NCBI RefSeq assembly: GCF_006345805.1
Contig: NC_043013.1
Span: 36,146,001-36,210,000 of the forward strand
DNA length: 64,000 nucleotides
DNA from: Octopus sinensis
Taxonomy: Eukaryota
Direction of reading: 5' to 3'
Shown: positions 11,554 to 25,100 of the stretch, piece after piece
Layout of the letters: each line of letters opens with the position of its first letter
Numbering within the stretch: the first letter of the stretch is position 1
Position numbers and translations under genes: made by a program
Notes under the pieces: generated by a model
Database searches by the model: none
Seen by the model: only the letters and a program-made list of their open reading frames with translations
What the model was told of the DNA's origin: nothing

Positions 11554-12138
11554 GTGTTCAAATTCTATGAAAGTCAACTTTGTCTTTTAAATATCCAAAA
11601 TAAAATGCCATACAAGTATTCTTTCGATATAAGCGACTGTTTCCTCTTGCAAATTTTCTGGCTATGATTTGATCTCATGTAAAGGAAATGCTCTTCTGGT
11701 CTTTGGGTTGAAACGTTCGATACAGTTTATTTCAAAAGGTGAACTACGATACTTCTCAAAAAATCAAGCTGCATTTCGTTTTGCTTCTTTGGGCCTTCAT
11801 TTTCAAGCTTTTTTTTTTATAGGTCTTCATTTTCCTTCTTGTAACTCAAATTATATTCTCTCGTACAGGAGACTTATGGGGCTAATACATAATTTTATAG
11901 TGGTGTGTGTGTGTTCTCGGATCAATTTTCTTATCGAGGAAAAGATGCTGACACGCTATTTCGATCGGGATGGTCTTCAATTTCTTCATGCAGTAATGTT
12001 GGTCTAGATACGAAATTTCATTTCAAGATCATCAGGTAGTGTTATGACAATCTGAGATGAAAAGGAAATAGTTGGAAAATATAACATTGCGATAGATCCT
12101 AGAACATTATCTATGTGTCTGTCTGTCTTTCTGTCATA

Positions 12139-12531
12139 GGCGCAGGGGTGGCTGTGCGGTAAGAAGCTTGCTTCCCAACCACATGATTTCGGCAAGTGAC
12201 TTCTGCTATAGCCTCGGGACGACAAAGGTCTTGTGGGTAGATTTGGTAGACAGAAACTGAAAGAAGTCGTATATATATATCTTAGAGCGTAGTGTTTTTA
12301 TATATTTGTACACACACACACACACATATGCTAGTATATATTGTGTGTGTCTATGTTTGTCAGCCCATCATCGCTTGACAATCGATGTTGGTGTGTTTAC
12401 ATCCCCGTAACTTAGCGATTCGGCAAAAGACACCAATAGAATAAGTACTAGGCTTACAAGGAATAAGCTCTGGGGTCGATTTTTTCGACTACAGACGGTG
12501 TTCCAGCATGGCCGCTGTCAAGTGATTGAAA
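12139..12531 (+). mobile_element. SINE family A, near full length, diverged
   Basis: GGCGCAGGGGTGGCTGTGCGG head through the CCAGCATGGCC tail. Confidence 0.85.
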
Positions 12532-12555
12532 ATCTATCTATCTGTCTATCTATCA

Positions 12556-12601
<46 letters not shown>

Positions 12602-12609
12602 TTATCGAT

Positions 12610-12970
12610 CAAGTGTCTTCTACTATAGCGTTGAGCCGACCAAACCTTGTGAGTGGATTTGGTATACGGAAACTGAAAGAAGCCCATCATATATATATAT
12701 ATGTGTGTTTGTGTATGTATGTATGTATGCATGCATGTATGAATGTGTGCATGTATATGTGTGTGTATGTAAGTATGTATGTATGCTTTATGTATGTATG
12801 TCTATATTTATGTGTGTATGTCTGTCTCTACCACCATCACTTGACAGCCGACGCTGGTGTGTTTATGTCCCTATAACTTAGCGGTTCGGCAAAAGACACC
12901 GATAGAATAAGTACTAGACTTTCGGGCGGTGCTCCAGCATAGCTGCATTAAAATGGCTGAAACTCGTAAA
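12610..12970 (+). mobile_element. SINE family A, 5'-truncated, expanded internal microsatellite
   Basis: CAAGTGTCTTCTACTATAGC through GGCGGTGCTCCAGCAT. Confidence 0.8.
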
Positions 12971-13192
12971 AAAATATTTATGCAAATTAGTATTTCCGGT
13001 TTTTTTAAAGCTTGTAGATTTATTGAGTTTATATAAACGGAATGGCTGTCTATTTGTCGGGGAATGTTCAAGGGATACAGAAATCACTGATGAGATGCCA
13101 ATAAGGATCGAAAATCGGTTAAGTCCGTTTATTTTTTTCAATCTACAGAGAAATAGTAGTTTTGGCACGTTTGTATGTGTACTATGTAGATT

Positions 13193-13248
<56 letters not shown>

Positions 13249-13482
13249 ATAATATAATATATATTATATATATATATATACACAACATATATATGCATAC
13301 ATATATATATTACATACATACATATCACGCACGCACGCGTAAACATATCATGTTATAAAATTTATTTGACAACATATTTGACAATCACAAACTATCGTTA
13401 AGTGCTGATGGCGTCTCTACGTAGATCCTGAATATAAAACCACACATTTTTGCGCATATACATGCACACAAGCATACAACGG

Positions 13483-13533
<51 letters not shown>

Positions 13534-14056
13534 CTCTGTCGCTGCGTTAACTTGACACGCCAACTTCTAAACATTTCTAGTAATCTGTACAGTTATTCTT
13601 TGTCACAAGAAAATTAAAAATGCAAATGATATTCCACCGAGCTGGTGGAAGAGCCAAGGCAGCAAAGTCAGAACGAACAAAGAGCGCAAACCAGTACACA
13701 GACGTCTGAGTCTTGACGAGGAAGCACCATTAAAGTACTGAGGTACCGAATGAAGACAACGTTCAGTGGAGAGGCCTTTTTCGCCTTCATGAGAACCATT
13801 CCAAATTCTCCATTGGTTGTGTCACGATAAAACGCACCAGTAACACATTATGAAACAATTGTGATAGAAATAGTACGTGGCCTGAGCCAAAACGAACGTT
13901 ATGAGTAAGAGCTGGTCCTCGGAGTGTATAGGTAAGAAAGGATAGATGAGCCGTTAAACCCATAGCTGCTTGGTTAAATAAACGACAATAATATTGTGTG
14001 TGCGCCTGCGCACATGTGTTTATACACACAGTTAAAATTCTATGTATACATACATG

Positions 14057-14088
<32 letters not shown>

Positions 14089-14106
14089 GTGTGTGTATAT
14101 GTATAC

Positions 14107-14140
<34 letters not shown>

Positions 14141-14625
14141 ATTGTGTATATATATATATATATATGAGTGTGTATATATATATATACATATATATATATT
14201 TATGTATGTATGTGCATGCATCTTATGAAGAGCGGATAGGCATAAGTATAGCTAGAGAGAAAAAGATAAACACTTGCAACCATTTTTATACAAACGTGTG
14301 CACAAGCCTTGCGCAAAAATGCCTGTGTAGGATATATATATATATGTGTGTGTGCGTGTATATATATTAAGTCTCTCTCTCTCTCTCTCTATCTATATAT
14401 ATATAATATATAATATATATATATATATAATATATATATATATGTAAATATATACACCACACACACACATATATATATGTAAATACACACACACACACAC
14501 ACCATATATATATATAAATATATGCATGTATGCATATACCTGCACAAATACATATATATACATGCATATACATTTATATATACCTACATAGATATACATA
14601 AACATATATATGTACATATATATGA

Positions 14626-14666
<41 letters not shown>

Positions 14667-15145
14667 CAGAAACACACACGCACACACATGCACGTGTGTA
14701 AGTATGTATGTATGTATGTATGTATTTCTTTGTTCAGATATTCACTGTCCCTTGTTACCGTTCCATCAAATTACTCCCTATTTACCAGTTCGTCTTCCTC
14801 TTTAATTTCTCTCTGTCGTCTTTTATTAAAAGTAGAGTTAATGCAGAATTAATTGCTCCCAAAGTGGTGCGTTGTCGGCAAATTGGGGCATGTGCCTCGC
14901 GGCTAGAACTGGGCTTTTGATGAAACGAACGCTGTATTACTCTGCATTAATTAAAAGGATCGCAAACAAATAATATAATGAAGATAAAACTTACTGAAAA
15001 TGAAAAAAGTATACAGAAAAAAAAACAGTATAAAACAAAAATAAAACGGTGGGATGAATGAAAATATAAAAGAAATATATAGGAAAAGTCTACCTACCAA
15101 TATATATATATATATACATATATTTGTGTATGTGCGTGTATGTAT

Positions 15146-15222
<77 letters not shown>

Positions 15223-15614
15223 TGTATGTATGTATGTATGTATATAATATACATCGAAATATATATATATATATATATATATATAATCTCATATATACAT
15301 ATATATTATACGCGTATACGTATAGATATACGTGTGTTCATGTGTTAGAATGTATGCACCTATATGAATAATACATGAATGTGTGTGTGTATGTATGTAT
15401 GAATATCTGTGAGGGTGTTTATATGTATGCATACACCAGTACATATTCAAACATGCACTTACATTTTGGCGCCTGGGTGTGTATGAGTATACATGTGTAC
15501 CTGTGTGTGTGTATGCACACACATACATACATATATATAATATATATATATATATCTACATACATATAGATGTACACACATATACATGTATATACATGTG
15601 TGTGTATATATGTA

Positions 15615-15657
<43 letters not shown>

Positions 15658-16454
15658 GCACGGGTATACATATGTATATAGATAGATAGATCTACCATAG
15701 ACAAAGCATTTGTTTCCTACAGCCAATTACGTGTGCAGTTCTCTCAGTATGAAGCCGGCTATATAAGCCCCTTTTGGTATGGATTGGAAATGCTACTCAC
15801 TTCCATAAAATTTTACACACACACACACACACTCACGTTATATAGATACACACACGACGGGAAGTTAGATCATTAATATGTAAGGTTCACTTTGCTAATC
15901 AAATAGCGGGTGGCTTGTACAGGTAGAGCTGTGTTACTTGACATAATATTGGAACAGAAGAGCAGGCTTTAAGCTTCAAAATTAACATTACCACCACGAC
16001 CACCACCTCCAATATTTTTTCTATGCATTGATTTTTATTCATCCATTTTATTGTCTCTCCATTTTAACATCATCTTTTTAAATGACGAGTTTTCCAAGCA
16101 ATAAATAATACAGGGAGTTTTCACATTCTAATACAAACGAAGACTCTTTTCCATGACTTTTCTACGTAGTTTTTACATAAAAGGAATGTTTGTAAAATCA
16201 ATATGGAATCTTTCAGTGGTGCAATGTCTGTAATTGCGTTCCCTTTTTCTCTCCCTTTTTTTCACTGACCCAGCTACACGCTGTTAGCCGAACTTTCGTT
16301 TCTGTGAATACGCATTCCCAAACATACGTACGATCCAGTATGCGAGGCTTCTAACGGTCGCAGTTTTAATCTGCTAATTATACCAGATAAATCATACTAA
16401 GATGATACCTTTGGTAAAGTATCAAAGAAATGAAGCTAGCTACTAGTCTGCATA

Positions 16455-16560
16455 TGATTTCTTTTATTAGTTTCAGTCATTTGACTGCGGCCATGCTGGA
16501 GCATCGCCTTGACGGTAAAGACCCACCAACCCCCGGCTGTCGAGCGATGATGATACACAC
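16455..16560 (-). mobile_element. SINE family A, 3' fragment
   Basis: TTTCAGTCATTTGACTGCGGCCATGCTGGAGC. Confidence 0.75.
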
Positions 16561-16676
16561 AAATAGACACGAGTACAAACACACGCACATACACACACAT
16601 ACTTCGATATATACATACTTACATTCATATATACATTGCATACGTGTGTATTTATGTGTGTGTGTGTGTGTGTGTG

Positions 16677-17088
16677 TACTCTTTTACTCTTTACTCTTTT
16701 ACTTGTTTCAGTCATTTGACTGCGGCCATGCTGGAGCACCGCTTTTAGTCGAGCAACTCAACCCCGGGACTTATTCATTGTAAGCCCAGTACTTATTCTA
16801 TCGGTCTCTTTTGCCGAACCGCTAAGTGACGGGGACATAAACACACCAGCATCGGTTGTCAAGCAATGCTAGGGGAACAAACACAAACATACACGTACAC
16901 ACATATATATATATATATACATATATACGACGGGCCTCTTTTCAGTTTCCATCTACCAAATCCACTCACAAGGCTTTGATCGGCCCGAGGCTATAGTAGA
17001 AGACACTTGCCCCAAGGTGCTACGCAGTGGGACTGAACCCGGAACCATGTGGTTGGTAAACAAGCTACTTACCACACAGCCACTCCTG
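16677..17088 (-). mobile_element. SINE family A, full length
   Basis: Complete match to family. Confidence 0.9.
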
Positions 17089-17436
17089 TGTGTGTATAAA
17101 ACTTACTTGTTAATACAAATTCGGCGTGTGTTGCGTCACATTACTAAATAAAGGGAAAAAATGGTATGATTGATTGATTGATTGATTCTAGTTTCAGCTT
17201 ATGAGCTGTGGCCATGCTGGGGCACCACCGTGTATGGTAAATAAACAAACGGCATAACGTATACTGAATGTAAAAACGAACGGGAGACAAACAGATAGTT
17301 TGTAATTCTTCATCGGTTATCGACCAATTGGTCATATTCAGTTTCGTACTTTTAACGATATGACTGAGAGCTTCCCAATTGGCGGTGCACGCAAAAAAAT
17401 TTTTTTTTTCCTGCATAGAATTAGGGAAAAGAGCAA

Positions 17437-17598
17437 GCAGGGGTGGCTGTGTGGTAAGTAGCTTGTCTACCAACCACATGGTTCCGAGTTCAGTCCCACT
17501 GCGTGGCACCTTGGGCAAGTGTCTTCTACTATAGCCTCGGGCCGACCAAAGCCTTGTGAGTGGATTTGGTAGACGGAAACTGAAAGAAGCCCGTCGTA

Positions 17599-17629
<31 letters not shown>

Positions 17630-17847
17630 GCGTGTGTGTGTCTGTGTGTCTGTGTTTGTCCCCTAGCATTGCTTGACAACCGATGCTGGTGTGTTTATGT
17701 CCCCGTTACTTAGCGGTTCGGCAAAAGAAACCGATAGAATAAGTACTGGGCTTACAAAAGAATAAGTCCGGGGTCGAGTTGCTCGATTAAAGGCGGTGCT
17801 CCAGCATGGCCGCAGTCAAAATGACTGAAACAAGTAAAAGAGTAAAA
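17437..17847 (+). mobile_element. SINE family A, full length
   Basis: Complete match to family. Confidence 0.9.
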
Positions 17848-18661
17848 CAAAATGAAAGCAAACGACACAGTATGTGCGTGTGTGTGTGGTGTGTGCGGGA
17901 GGTATATGTGCATTCATGTGTGTCCGCGTGCGTGTATATATGCGTGTATGTGTGTATATATGCGTGTGTGTATATATGCGTGTGTGCATGTATGTGTGTG
18001 TGTGTGCGTATGAGCGTGTGTGTATGTGAGCGCGTGCGTGGGATTGTGTGTGTGGAGGTATATGTGCGTTCTTGTGCGCGTGCGTGTGTGTATGCGCGTG
18101 TGTGCGTATGTATGTGCGTGTATGTGTTTGTACAAGTGTGTGTATGTATGTGTAATGTGTGTGATGTGTGTGGGAGGTATGTGTGTGCGCGTGTATGTGT
18201 GTGTGTGTGCATGTATGTGTATGTATGTATGTGTATTGTGTATGTTTGTGGTGTGAATGGGAGGTATGTGTGTGCGTGTGTATGTGTATATGTACGTGTG
18301 TGTATGTATGTGTGTATGTATACAGAAATAAAATAAAATATAAGATCGATAAAAAAGGGGGAAGGGGGAAGGGTACAAGATTTAAAAATTAAAAAATGAA
18401 TAAATATTACAAAAAAATAACAGATACAAGATAAAAATAAAATAATCAAAATTAAAGGGATCAAATAGAAATTAATACAATTAATGCAATTATAAAAAAT
18501 TAATTCAATTAAAAAGTTGAACAATTCGACGGGAAAAAAACCCAAAAAGAATCGAAAGAGGGTGACAGTATAAAACAAAGTGGGTACAAGGGAGGATAAA
18601 ATAAGATAGAATAAAATAAAATAAATAGTTACGTTTTTTAGGGATGGTGTAGTGACGGTCG

Positions 18662-19590
18662 TTAAGACGAGGGTGTTGTATTGAGTCCGAAAGGAACTTG
18701 CGTTTGTAGACTGAAAATGTAACGATGTTCCAGGCGGAGACGCGAGTGTGTGGATCCGTGGTGCAGGTCGAGGCAAAAAACGGAGATATTAGAGGTGGAG
18801 TGGTTGTCCAAGCAGAAATGGAGGGCGACGGGGGTGTTCGATGAACCGGTCGGCCAGTCGGCGGCCCGTCTGACCAATGTAGAGTTTATTGCAGAGATTA
18901 CATTTAATACAATAGATAAAGCTTGAAGAGGTGCAGGAGGAGTTTCTAATGTGGTGAGTATGCTGTTTGGATCCAGTGAGGGAGGTGGTGTTGGTGATGA
19001 AAGGGTAGATGTGGCAGCGGTTCTAGAGCAAGGGAAAGATCCGGGTGGGGCTGGGGAGAAGAGGAGAAGGTGCTATGGACCAGTAGATCGCGTAGGTTAC
19101 GGGCGCGTTTAAAGGACAAGGGTGGGTTGGGAAAAATAGGGCGGGTGGTGGGATTCAGCTAGAGATGACGGAAGGGCCGTAGGATCCTCCGACGAGGGGG
19201 TAGGATGGAGGGGTGGAAAAGGAGGGGAGGTGTGCGGATAGAGGATTGTTGTGTGGAAGGAGAGAGGGTGGTGATGCGATCGATTAGACGAGCGTGAGTA
19301 AGGGCGGTTTGGGCAAGGTTGGATGGGTATCCTCGATGCATGAACAGGCGGGCAAGGTACTGAGACTGAGTCTCGAAATCCTGGTCCCAGCTGCACAAGC
19401 GTCGGATATGGAGGAACTGGGAGTAAGAGTTGGCCCGTTTGGTGTGGGAGGGATGGGAGGAGGAAAAGTTGAGGTAGAGGTGAGAATTTGTGGGCTTAAA
19501 GGAGGCAGATGTGGTGAGAGATTGGGAGGGGAGGTCAATGGTAAGAGAGATATCTAAGAAGTTAACCGAAGTGTTAGAGATGGTATAATG
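18662..19590 (-). pseudogene. Penelope-like element 3' part: RT thumb region + GIY-YIG endonuclease
   Basis: FLDISL...FKPTNSHLYLNFSSSHPSHTK...LCS...RGYP (PLE RT C-terminus), then IYCIKCNLCNKLYIGQTGRRLADRFIEH...PVALHF...FGLN* (GIY-YIG); frameshifts present. Confidence 0.9.
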
Positions 19591-19670
19591 AAGACACTTG
19601 TCCAAGGTTCCACGCAATAAGACTGAACCGGAACCATATCGCGTGGCAAGCTCCTTACCATACAGTAACA
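19591..19670 (-). mobile_element. SINE family A head fragment
   Basis: GAAGACACTTGTCCAAGG...GACTGAACCGGAACC abutting the PLE fragment. Confidence 0.7.
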
Positions 19671-19799
19671 CCTAGATAGCCTGTATATAAAAAGCGATGG
19701 ATTGGTCTGGAGTGGAACGCTTTTGAATCACTGTCCATTTTGGTCTGTAATCAAAATCTGGAGTAGAAACAATTTTTTTCTTTTTCTGTGGTAAGCAGA

Positions 19800-20000
19800 A
19801 GGCTCGAAATTTAAGGGGGATGGGTAAATTGATTATATCTACCCCAGTATTTAGCTGGTATTTATTTTATCAATCCCGAGAGAACAAACGGCAAATATTG
19901 ACCTCGGTGGAATTTGAACTCAGACATAAAAATTACCGGAAGAAAAACTCCTAAGCGTTTTGTTTGAAATGCTAAAGATTCTGTCAGCTAACTGCCTTTC
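19800..20000 (-). mobile_element. SINE family C, diverged
   Basis: GACCTCGGTGGAATTTGAACTCAGA matches family C. Confidence 0.65.
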
Positions 20001-20504
20001 TAATAGTAGTAATGGAATCTGCAGCAGAAACACATTTATGTTGAGTCATCCTCATCAAAGTAGAAAATATACAGTATAAACATACTAATAATCCATTGTG
20101 TAAAATTAAATTGTCTACAATATTGTAAGACTTACTTCTATAGACTGACAACGAGATTAAAGCTTACTACTCCGATATCATGACCAGAGACCAAAAAAGG
20201 AAAGCGTATGTAATCGGTGATACATCTGGGTTTCTTTTGATCAAAAGAACGCCTAGAAGAATGTAGAAGTGAAAAAAAAAAAAGAAGTAAAAAAAAGTCA
20301 AAAAGTTATCTGTGTAGGAGAATGACAACTTGGATGAGCATAATATGCATGATGGCGAGAGTTTCAGAACGAGAATGAAATACGTGACTGATAAAAGAGA
20401 GTATATAAAAACGTATTAACACACTAAAGCTTAAGGCTTTAAACAACAACAACAACTACTACTACTGCTACTACTGCTGCTGCTGCTGCTAACTACCAAA
20501 CAAT

Positions 20505-20686
20505 AGTTTCAAATTTTGACACAAGGCCAGCATTTCCAGTACTCTACTATTACTTATTTTATGGATATCCGAAAAGATGAAAGGCAAAGTCGACCCCAAC
20601 AGCATTTGAATTCGGAACGTAAAGACGGACGAAATGCCGCTAAGCGTTTTGCGCGGTACGTTAACGGTTCTTCGACCTCGTTGCCT

Positions 20687-20688
<2 letters not shown>
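20505..20688 (-). mobile_element. SINE family C, diverged
   Basis: GATGAAAGGCAAAGTCGAC...ATTTGAATTCGGAACG. Confidence 0.7.
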
Positions 20689-20721
<33 letters not shown>

Positions 20722-20763
20722 TTAAGTAACTTGAGTGGGACAGGATGCTCAACCAGAAGAGAA

Positions 20764-21446
20764 GGATCTCTTCAGTTTGGCTGACTGATTAAAATTTTTT
20801 TTTTTAACTAAACTGTTTGAAACTTCGTATACTGGTGTAATTTCTCATGCTAAATACAGTTTACGATCAACATTTTTGACAAAATTCGTATTTTAGAAGT
20901 TATTTCGTGTTAAAGTTGACGTGTTTGGGTAATTTTAGCCAATCAACGACGTGTATTCAGCTGGAAAAACCTACTGCTGTTTGTGATAGTAATTGAAGAA
21001 CAACAACTTCCGGGTCATCTCTACTAAATGTAATTTTCAACTATGTGTGAATTATTCGGTGTTGTGTAAATCTAGACACTCAAGGAAAAAGAAAGTGGTC
21101 CGGGAGAGCCTTGATTGGTGGTGCTTTCGGAAAGGCTGTAACGAAACTATATCTGCTAGGAAAGGTACATGGCTGGGACGTAGGACATTTAGTAGAGATA
21201 ACCTGGAAGATGTTGTTCTTCAGTTACTATCGCAAACAGCAGTAGGTTTCTTCAACTGAATACACGTTGTTGATTGGTTAAAATTACCTAAATGCGACAA
21301 CTTTAACACGAAATAACTTCTAAAATACGAAATTTTGTCAAAAATGTTGAAAGTAAACCATGTTCAGCGTGAGAAACTACACCAGTATATGAAGTTTCAA
21401 ACAGTTTAGATAATTTTTAAATCTGTGAGCCAAACTGAAGAGATCC
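20764..21446. mobile_element. Foldback element/MITE with ~265-bp inverted arms
   Basis: 20764-21031 is the reverse complement, with substitutions, of 21185-21446; ~150-bp spacer. Confidence 0.85.
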
Positions 21447-21667
21447 GAAGAAAATTCTGACTGGGCTCCACCTGCAAAGTCATGCGCTGTTTATCTTGAT
21501 AAAAGATCACCAGGTCGCGCACATATCGTTGTCATGCATCTGCCAGGTGTGCCCTTATCAGACGGGTAGTCATGATGAGTACACTGAACTTCGTATATTT
21601 GTACATGGGTGTCACTTCGATGGCATGCACTGTCCTCTCACTTAATAATAATAATAATAATAATAAT

Positions 21668-21897
21668 AAGGTGAGCTGGCAGAAACGTTAGCACGCCGGG
21701 CGAAATGCATAGCCGTATTTCGTCTGCCGTTACGTTCTGAGTTCAAATTCCGCCGAAGTCGTTTTGCCTTTCATCCTTTCGGGGTCGATAAATTAAGTAC
21801 CAGTTACACACTGGGGGTCGATGTAATCGACTTAATCCGTCTGTTTGTCCTTGTTTGTCCCCCCTATGTTTATCCCCTTGTAGGCAATAAAGAAACA

Positions 21898-21900
<3 letters not shown>
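21668..21900 (+). mobile_element. tRNA-derived SINE family C, full length
   Basis: A-box TGGCAGAAACG, B-box GAGTTCAAATTC, body GCCTTTCATCCTTTCGGGGTCGATAAATTAAGTACC, followed by (AAT)n. Confidence 0.85.
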
Positions 21901-21959
<59 letters not shown>

Positions 21960-22159
21960 TAATAAGGAACACCGGGGACGTTTAATAAGTGAGATCGATA
22001 AACACTGCTCCGAAATCTATCCAAAAACATCGGGAATAAAGACAACAAATGGAGCCTAAAACAGCTGACAGTGTTGGATTATATACGAGCAAGTAATACT
22101 CATTAAACTTTATTTTATATTTTCCAAATGAAATTATGTATTTTTAACTGTGTATCATC

Positions 22160-25100
22160 TCCATCACTCGCACAACACGTGTAAACAAGCTGACCACTTT
22201 ACGATCCAATCAACATCAGATCATCTCCGTTTCCAACCACCATACACAAAAAAAAAATGAAAAATGAATTAAAAGATGCACGTATTATTCAACCCAAAGA
22301 TAAACGGGAAGTACGTACTTCAAAGTTGTTACACAAAAAATACGAAAAACTATACGTGCAAAACCATTCAACACCAGAAATGAACGGACCGGTACCCTAC
22401 GAAAATGATGAACATCAAAATAAGGGACTGGACGTTATTCCTCATGTTCCGCAAATAAAATTTAAAAAGCATAAATGGACACATGAGGAATATACTTGAA
22501 TCCTGCACGCTTATTTTACAGCAGTGCTCTACCCACAGAACGAAAACGCAACAACATATACATTATAAAATCTGAAAGAAACATAACCTAGATAAAGAAT
22601 TGGATACAGCAATGAACCCTAATAAACTAGCTAGCATGCGGAGATATATTCGCAAAACAGCAACAACAAAAAAATCAGGAATAGAACACTTAAAAGGACA
22701 AATACATAAAAAAAACTACATATAGTAACCACATTGCAATGTCAAATAATATCATAAGCACTGAGACTGTGAAATACGAAGACAGACCTAACATGTCCAA
22801 CGAAAACGAAGTAAACATTGAAAGACAACAAACCCAGACCGTAGGAATGCATAATGATGAGCAAAATGTACCAAACCAGAACACCACAAGCAAAAATATG
22901 AACGGGAGGGAATAGGAAACAAATCTAAAACCTGGAAGCAGTGAAGGTGAAACAAATGATTATGATACTCTAAAAAATGAGTTTAATCAAAGAATTGGAA
23001 GCCACAGATCTCAGTATGGACCATCGTTTGTATCTCCCAAAAATTAAATTTGAGAATAAAAAAGACATCAATAGTAAATAGCATGAAACTGGCCGTATGA
23101 CCAGGCTAAATTATATAAAATATACAGCAGTCTCTGTGGGCACAAAAGAAGCTGGATATTTCCTAGAACTCATCCAAACAGGTGTATCACCACCCAAACA
23201 AACCTTGTGGATAAATATATCCAGAAAAGAGAGAGAAAATAAGAGAAAGGATCTGTCAATCCTTAGTGAAACTAGTAGGCAATGAACACTACTAAGCAAT
23301 AAATAGAGAAGGAAAATACTACGTAAAATACAGAATTACAGAACAAGATATTCCTGGAATAAAAGAACAACTAAAGCAGTTATCCTCGCCAAGGCACAAA
23401 GAATCTGTTGGTATAAGAAACACCAACGTTTCTTTCGAAAAACAAACAGTTCAACTCCAACCCTAAAAGATTCTACCAAGAACTTGGAAAAAAATAAAAT
23501 AGATATCAATACAGCACCAAGAGCAGAAGTAAAAGAATTTTGGAAAGAAATATGGTCAGCGAAGGAACAACCTCAGAAAAGATCTATAAAAACAACGAAC
23601 ACAGCAACTGAACAACTCTGGATCCTACAACAACTGAAGAGGTCATCCAAGCACTGCAAAAGCTAAGCAACTGGAAGGCACCTAGGCGTGACAAGATCCC
23701 CAACTTCTGGTTAAGATATCTAACAGGAACGTATAAAAAGCTGGCTGAGAAATTTAATGAAATACTAGCAGAGTCAGAGATAATGCCTGAATGGCTCACA
23801 GAAGAGAAAATTATCCTAATTCTCAAATCCACTGAAACGGCAAAGCTGCAAAATTACAGACCGTAATTATGACTTGTCTCCCTATAATTTACAGAGCTTT
23901 TACTGCAATAATATCGTAGAGAATGGGCAAACACCTCGAAGAAAACAATCAATCTGTTTCCAAAAGAGCAGAAGGGATTCTGCAAGGGCTCATATGGCTG
24001 TAAAGATCAGCTACTGATCAATAAAGCCATAACTGAAGATAGTCGCAGAAAGAAGAAGGGTCTAAGTATGGCCTGAATCGATCACTGAAAGGATTTTGAT
24101 AGTATTCCCAAGTCATGGACGCTACAAGCACTAGCACCAATAACCATAAAATATATAAAACACTCCATGAATAAATGTAAACAGTGCTACAACTCCAGAC
24201 AAAAGAGGGACGCATGAAAACCAAAGCCATCCTCATTAGAAGACGAATATTCCTGGGAGGCACGCTATCTCCACTCCTTTTCAGCTTGACACTGACACCT
24301 TTATCTGACATGTTAAACAGAACTGGATGTTGTTAAAACTGTTACTTCAAAACGATCAGCCATCTCTTGTATACGAATGATCTAAAACTGCATGCTACAA
24401 ATGATAAACAGCTGGAAACATTACTACAGACAGTACATGGATTTACCAAAGAAATAAACATGAAAATTGGCTAAGAAAAATGTGCCAAAGCAACCTTGAA
24501 AAGAAGAAAACCAGTTAAAAGTAGCAACATCACACTAGATAAAGTAAATGAAATAAGAGAATTAGACCAAAGCCAGACATACAAATACTTAGGAATCAAT
24601 GGACCAGATTCGATACAACACATACAAATGAAAGAGAAGATAAGAAGGGAATACTATAGACGAGTTAGACTAATACTGAAAACTGAGCTCAATGCGAAAA
24701 ACAAGATAATAGGTATCAACATTCTAGCCGTCCCAGTTATAAGTTACATCTTCAATATTCTTTACTGAACTCTAAATGAACTAATCAAAATAGACAGGAA
24801 AACAAGAAAAATAATGACGGGATTTAGGATGTACCACCCAAAGTCTGACATAGAAAGGTTATATATAAAACGTATCGAAGGTGGTAGAGGCCTTATACAA
24901 CTAGAAAACTATTACATATGACTACAGAAATGCTTACTTCAGAAACAAGGAAAACTAATACAAGTAGCCACAAAACACGAAGAAAACAAAAAACTGTTTT
25001 CGGCCTTTAAGGAAGCTGACAAATACAAACAAGAATTCATACTACCTAACAACTATGAAGAAAAAGAAGAAATAACAAAAGCTGTAAAACAAATGAAATC

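Noticed and set aside
11554-12110. Unique segment next to the gap with a 112-aa plus-strand ORF
   Set aside because: No recognisable motif in any frame I translated, and context is broken by the gap.
13619-13627. ATGCAAAT octamer as a regulatory site
   Set aside because: A single 8-mer in AT-rich DNA is expected by chance.
14913-15000. TGATGA...CTGA spaced like a C/D-box snoRNA
   Set aside because: Only an A/T terminal stem, no D' box and no recognisable rRNA guide.
17870-18330. Recurrent GGAGGTAT(A/G)TG units as CRISPR-like or regulatory repeats
   Set aside because: Irregular spacing within (GT)n; ordinary slippage duplication in eukaryotic DNA.
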